Source: an uncultured bacterium (GTDB lineage Bacteria > Verrucomicrobiota > Verrucomicrobiia > Limisphaerales > UBA8199). Taken from it: 64,000 nt of DNA. Positions 61,142 through 64,000 of the stretch are shown one piece after another. The stretch lies in the NCBI GenBank assembly GCA_963749495.1, contig CAVVMW010000004.1, positions 832,001-896,000 of the forward strand, read 5' to 3'. The stretch's first letter is position 1, and the number at the start of each line of letters is the position of its first letter. A program made the translations under genes and the position numbers. The notes beneath the pieces are model-generated. The model was given only the letters and a program-made list of their open reading frames with translations, did not search any database and was not told where the DNA came from.

Positions 61142-61951
61142 CTACCGGACCTCCTTGTCGATCCCCGCATAGAGGACCTGCGGGTCGGTGCCCAGGTGCG
61201 GTTTGAGGACCTGCACCCGGTTGTTCTGGTAGAATTGCCGAATCGGCTCGTCGGCCCCCCCGTTCTTGAGGTCGCCGAAGACCCGCGCCTGGGTCGGGCA
61301 GACCTCGACGCAGGCCGGCTTCAATCCCCGCGTGATGCGATGGTAACAGAGGCTGCATTTCTCGGCGGTGTGGGTGATCGGGTTCAGGAAGCGGCACCCG
61401 TAGGGACAGGCCTGGATGCAGAAGCCGCAGCCGATGCAGTACTTCGGGTCGATGAGCACCGCGCCGTCCGGCGCGTCGAACGTCGCCCCGACCGGGCAGG
61501 CCTGGGTGCATGGCGAGTGCCTGCAGAGGTTGCACAGGCGCGGCACGAAAAACGAGTGCTGGATGCGCTCCGCCGGCACCGGCGGCTGGCCAAAACCGCG
61601 CGTCCCCCCCTCGGGGCTGTCCACCAGCGTCTGGCCGCGCCCCGCGTCGGCGCCGGGCTCCGGCTTGGTGATGATGTAGCGTTCGATCCAGGTGCGGAAG
61701 TAAGGGCCTTGAGGGACGTGGTTTTCCTTCTTGCAGGCCTCGGCGCACAGGCCGCAGCCGATGCACCGATTCGCATCCAGGGCCATCGCCCACCTGTGCC
61801 GCGCGGGGTCGTAGCCCGGCGCGGCGCCCGAAGACGTCAGGCCCTTCTGGACGGCGGCGCGCACCGTGCGCAGGCCCGGCGCGGCCAGCACCCCGGCCAG
61901 CACCGCGCCGATGCGGCCAATCATACTGCGGCGGGTCACACTCGGCTTCAT
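61142..61951 (-). CDS. Tat-exported 4Fe-4S protein (NrfC-like, module 1)
   Basis: TRRSMI; CIGCGLCAEAC, CNLC..SPCTQACP, CIGCGFCIQACP, CSLC...PACVEVCP. Confidence 0.93.
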   Translation of the reverse strand: MKPSVTRRSMIGRIGAVLAGVLAAPGLRTVRAAVQKGLTSSGAAPGYDPARHRWAMALDANRCIGCGLCAEACKKENHVPQGPYFRTWIERYIITKPEPGADAGRGQTLVDSPEGGTRGFGQPPVPAERIQHSFFVPRLCNLCRHSPCTQACPVGATFDAPDGAVLIDPKYCIGCGFCIQACPYGCRFLNPITHTAEKCSLCYHRITRGLKPACVEVCPTQARVFGDLKNGGADEPIRQFYQNNRVQVLKPHLGTDPQVLYAGIDKEVR

Positions 61952-62406
61952 GGGGCCTCCTCCGGCATGTGCGGCACGTGGCAGTCCGTGCATTTGGATA
62001 CCGTGTAATGGTTCTTCACGACAATCTGCTTGTGCCATTTGGGCCGCGAGGGATTGGCCTCGTGGCACCGCACGCACAGGCTGAAATAGAACTTCTCCGG
62101 CTTGAGATCCGGATTATCCGCATGGGCCTGCGCCGCGCCGTGGCAGGCCTCGCACGAGAGCGTCTTGTGCCCATGGCTCAGCAGCTTGTTGGACTCGTCC
62201 GAGTGGCATTCATCGCAGGCCTTCCGTCCGGCATAGACGGGGTCGCGCTGGCTCAGCTCCAGCAGCGCCTCCCCGCGATACCATCCATACTGCCGGAACG
62301 AGGCGGGCGTCAGAAAATACCGGGCTATCGAATACGTCACCACGATCCCGGCTGCCAGCAGGACGAGCCGGAAGACCTGGGGCGGCATTTTCAAGGGGTT
62401 GCGCAT
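61948..62406 (-). CDS. Membrane-anchored tetraheme cytochrome c (module 1)
   Basis: CDECH, CEACH, CVRCH, CTDCH. Confidence 0.9.
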   Translation of the reverse strand: MRNPLKMPPQVFRLVLLAAGIVVTYSIARYFLTPASFRQYGWYRGEALLELSQRDPVYAGRKACDECHSDESNKLLSHGHKTLSCEACHGAAQAHADNPDLKPEKFYFSLCVRCHEANPSRPKWHKQIVVKNHYTVSKCTDCHVPHMPEEAP

Positions 62407-62651
62407 CGCGGCCCCTCAGCGTGATTGCTGCTTCATGGTTTCATTCATAACAACGGCGGCACAATTAACTGATGGCGCGGTTTTCGGCTTCACGTCTCTT
62501 GCCGAAGTATCACCCTTTCTTGCTCTGTCTGGAGCCTCAAATGGTTACAATACCTCCCAGCCATCGGACCTTGGTCCAAAAGTTCTCGGGCAGGAGGGTC
62601 GAGGGTCGAGCGATGCGCCCCCCGGGCCCGGGCATTTTCGGCTCGGCCTCC

Positions 62652-62800
62652 GGAGTGCGCCCGTCCCCGGGCGCAGCAGCGACGGAGCGCGCAGGCGCGC
62701 CGGAGTACTTGACCGCTGCCCTGGCTGGGGATGTCGCTGCGCCCGAGGACGGGGGCACCCCCGTCTCGCCGCAGTCGGTGGGGCGGTGTCGGGATACGCC
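62652..62800. repeat. GGAGTGCGCCC composite palindrome (inverted relative to 50218-50367)
   Basis: Shares flank tctcgccgcag.cg..gggg..gtgtcgg. Confidence 0.8.
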
Positions 62801-62894
62801 CGCCGGGCCCCTCGACCCTTCCATATCCGATGATTTGTGACCCAGCGTCTCCCACGGCCTAAATGCCGCCCTCGCCGGCGCGCCGCGACGGGCC

Positions 62895-63224
62895 TCACTT
62901 CTTGAGGCCGCGGAAATAGGCCAACAGGGCCTTGATTTCGTCGTTGCTCAGCATCTCTCCGAAGGGCTTCATGCGGGTGGTGTCGCCTTCCTTGACGCCT
63001 TCCTTGATCGCCTTGATCATCTTTTCGTCCTTGAGCTCCGCCTGGATCTTGGGGTCGCTGTAGTCCTTGATGTGGAGCTTTTCGCCCATCTTCGTCTTGC
63101 CTTTGCCGTCGGGCCCGTGGCATTTGGCGCATTCTTTGGTCCAGATGGCTTTGGCCTCGGCTGCGCCCGCGGAAACGAGTCCCGCCGCCAGCAGGGCCAA
63201 ACTGCACGCAATCAGCTTTTTCAT
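62895..63224 (-). CDS. Monoheme class I cytochrome c
   Basis: Signal peptide, CAKCH, distal Met in RMKPF. Confidence 0.92.
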   Translation of the reverse strand: MKKLIACSLALLAAGLVSAGAAEAKAIWTKECAKCHGPDGKGKTKMGEKLHIKDYSDPKIQAELKDEKMIKAIKEGVKEGDTTRMKPFGEMLSNDEIKALLAYFRGLKK

Positions 63225-63273
63225 GAGTAGAGGAGTGGAGTGTGTCGGTCAGACGTTCAATAATGTCCGATGA

Positions 63274-63606
63274 TTACTTGCCCTTGAACTTGCGGATGTA
63301 CTCGACCAGCGATTTGATCTCCGCATCGCTGAGCGTGTCGCCGAAGGGCTTCATCCGGGTGTCGCCGCCCTTCTTGACCCCCTCCTTGATGGCCTTGGCC
63401 ATCTCGTCGTCCTTCAATTTGTCCTGCACCTTGGCGTCTGTGTAGTCCTTGACCCCGGCCTTTTCGCCCATCTTGGTCTTGCCCTTGCCATCCTCGCCGT
63501 GGCATTTCTTGCAGTTCTTGTCCCAGAGCGCCTTGGCGTCGGCGGCATGGGCGGCGACGGGGCCTGCGACGAGCAGGGCGAGGCTGAGCGCGATTGTCTT
63601 TTTCAT
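63274..63606 (-). CDS. Monoheme class I cytochrome c (paralog)
   Basis: Signal peptide, CKKCH, RMKPF. Confidence 0.92.
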   Translation of the reverse strand: MKKTIALSLALLVAGPVAAHAADAKALWDKNCKKCHGEDGKGKTKMGEKAGVKDYTDAKVQDKLKDDEMAKAIKEGVKKGGDTRMKPFGDTLSDAEIKSLVEYIRKFKGK

Positions 63607-63802
63607 GAGTTTTATTTATTCTTTATTTCAGATGTACTTCTATATGAGCATCCATGATGGCGCCTACAATACTCTTGCCCCATCACCCGCCGGTTGTCCA
63701 GTCCGGGCCGCCGGGGGGATGCCCAGCCTCGGAGGGTAGGCGAAGCCGCGCCGGGCCGGCAATTAAAATCTTCTTCGAGGCAGAATAATTAAAGCTGATG
63801 CT

Positions 63803-63874
63803 GGCGGAATCATTGCCGGCAAAATCAGTTCTGAAGAATTCTGTTCCAATGATTTTGCCGGCAATGATTCCGCC
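63803..63874. repeat. Palindrome GGCGGAATCATTGCCGGCAAAATCA...TGATTTTGCCGGCAATGATTCCGCC
   Basis: Perfect arms; related half-units at 52557-52610. Confidence 0.75.
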
Positions 63875-64000
63875 AGGCACGGGGGGCTGCGCGGGCGATT
63901 CCTGCGCCTTGGTTTCTCGCCGTTCCCCTGGGACCCGCGTCCTGTCAAAGGCTGCGGACGAACTTTTGGATCCGCTCGCACCCCTTCTGCAGGTTGGCCA

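Overview
GC-rich bacterial chromosomal window. Gene style suggests Verrucomicrobiota (Pedosphaerales-like), which is an inference. Core and housekeeping genes: fumC, ABC exporter, ornithine decarboxylase, tRNA-Ala(CGC), OPT transporter, rarA, a beta-propeller/Y_Y_Y sensor kinase with a NarL regulator, a giant S53 protease-Ig-repeat surface protein, a Wza/Wzc/beta-barrel/FHA polysaccharide export module, LysM, FG-GAP and DUF1080 proteins, and a doubled tetraheme cytochrome c-4Fe4S-NrfD respiratory cluster. Accessory DNA: (i) a 1.7 kb islet flanked by a duplicated 5' half of tRNA-Ala; (ii) a hotspot at about 26.9-36 kb with two diverged, intact mnmA copies, a triplicated ~170 bp junction, RHS, transposase and toxin-antitoxin debris, and an ORF-less group II intron. 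The best candidate for an undescribed system is the operon at 35951-41960. It encodes a secreted protein with an 83-aa Thr-Cys repeat tract (15 Cys) and a C-terminal sorting-like domain, followed by two paralogous membrane proteins (exosortase-like membrane region lacking the catalytic Cys, plus two GATase/DUF4350-like domains with a shared GDHT motif). Intergenic DNA is saturated with nested palindromic and heptamer repeat families, some inserted in-frame in genes or supplying stop codons. Several genes carry frameshifts that may be sequencing errors. All family assignments come from motif recognition; no searches were run.
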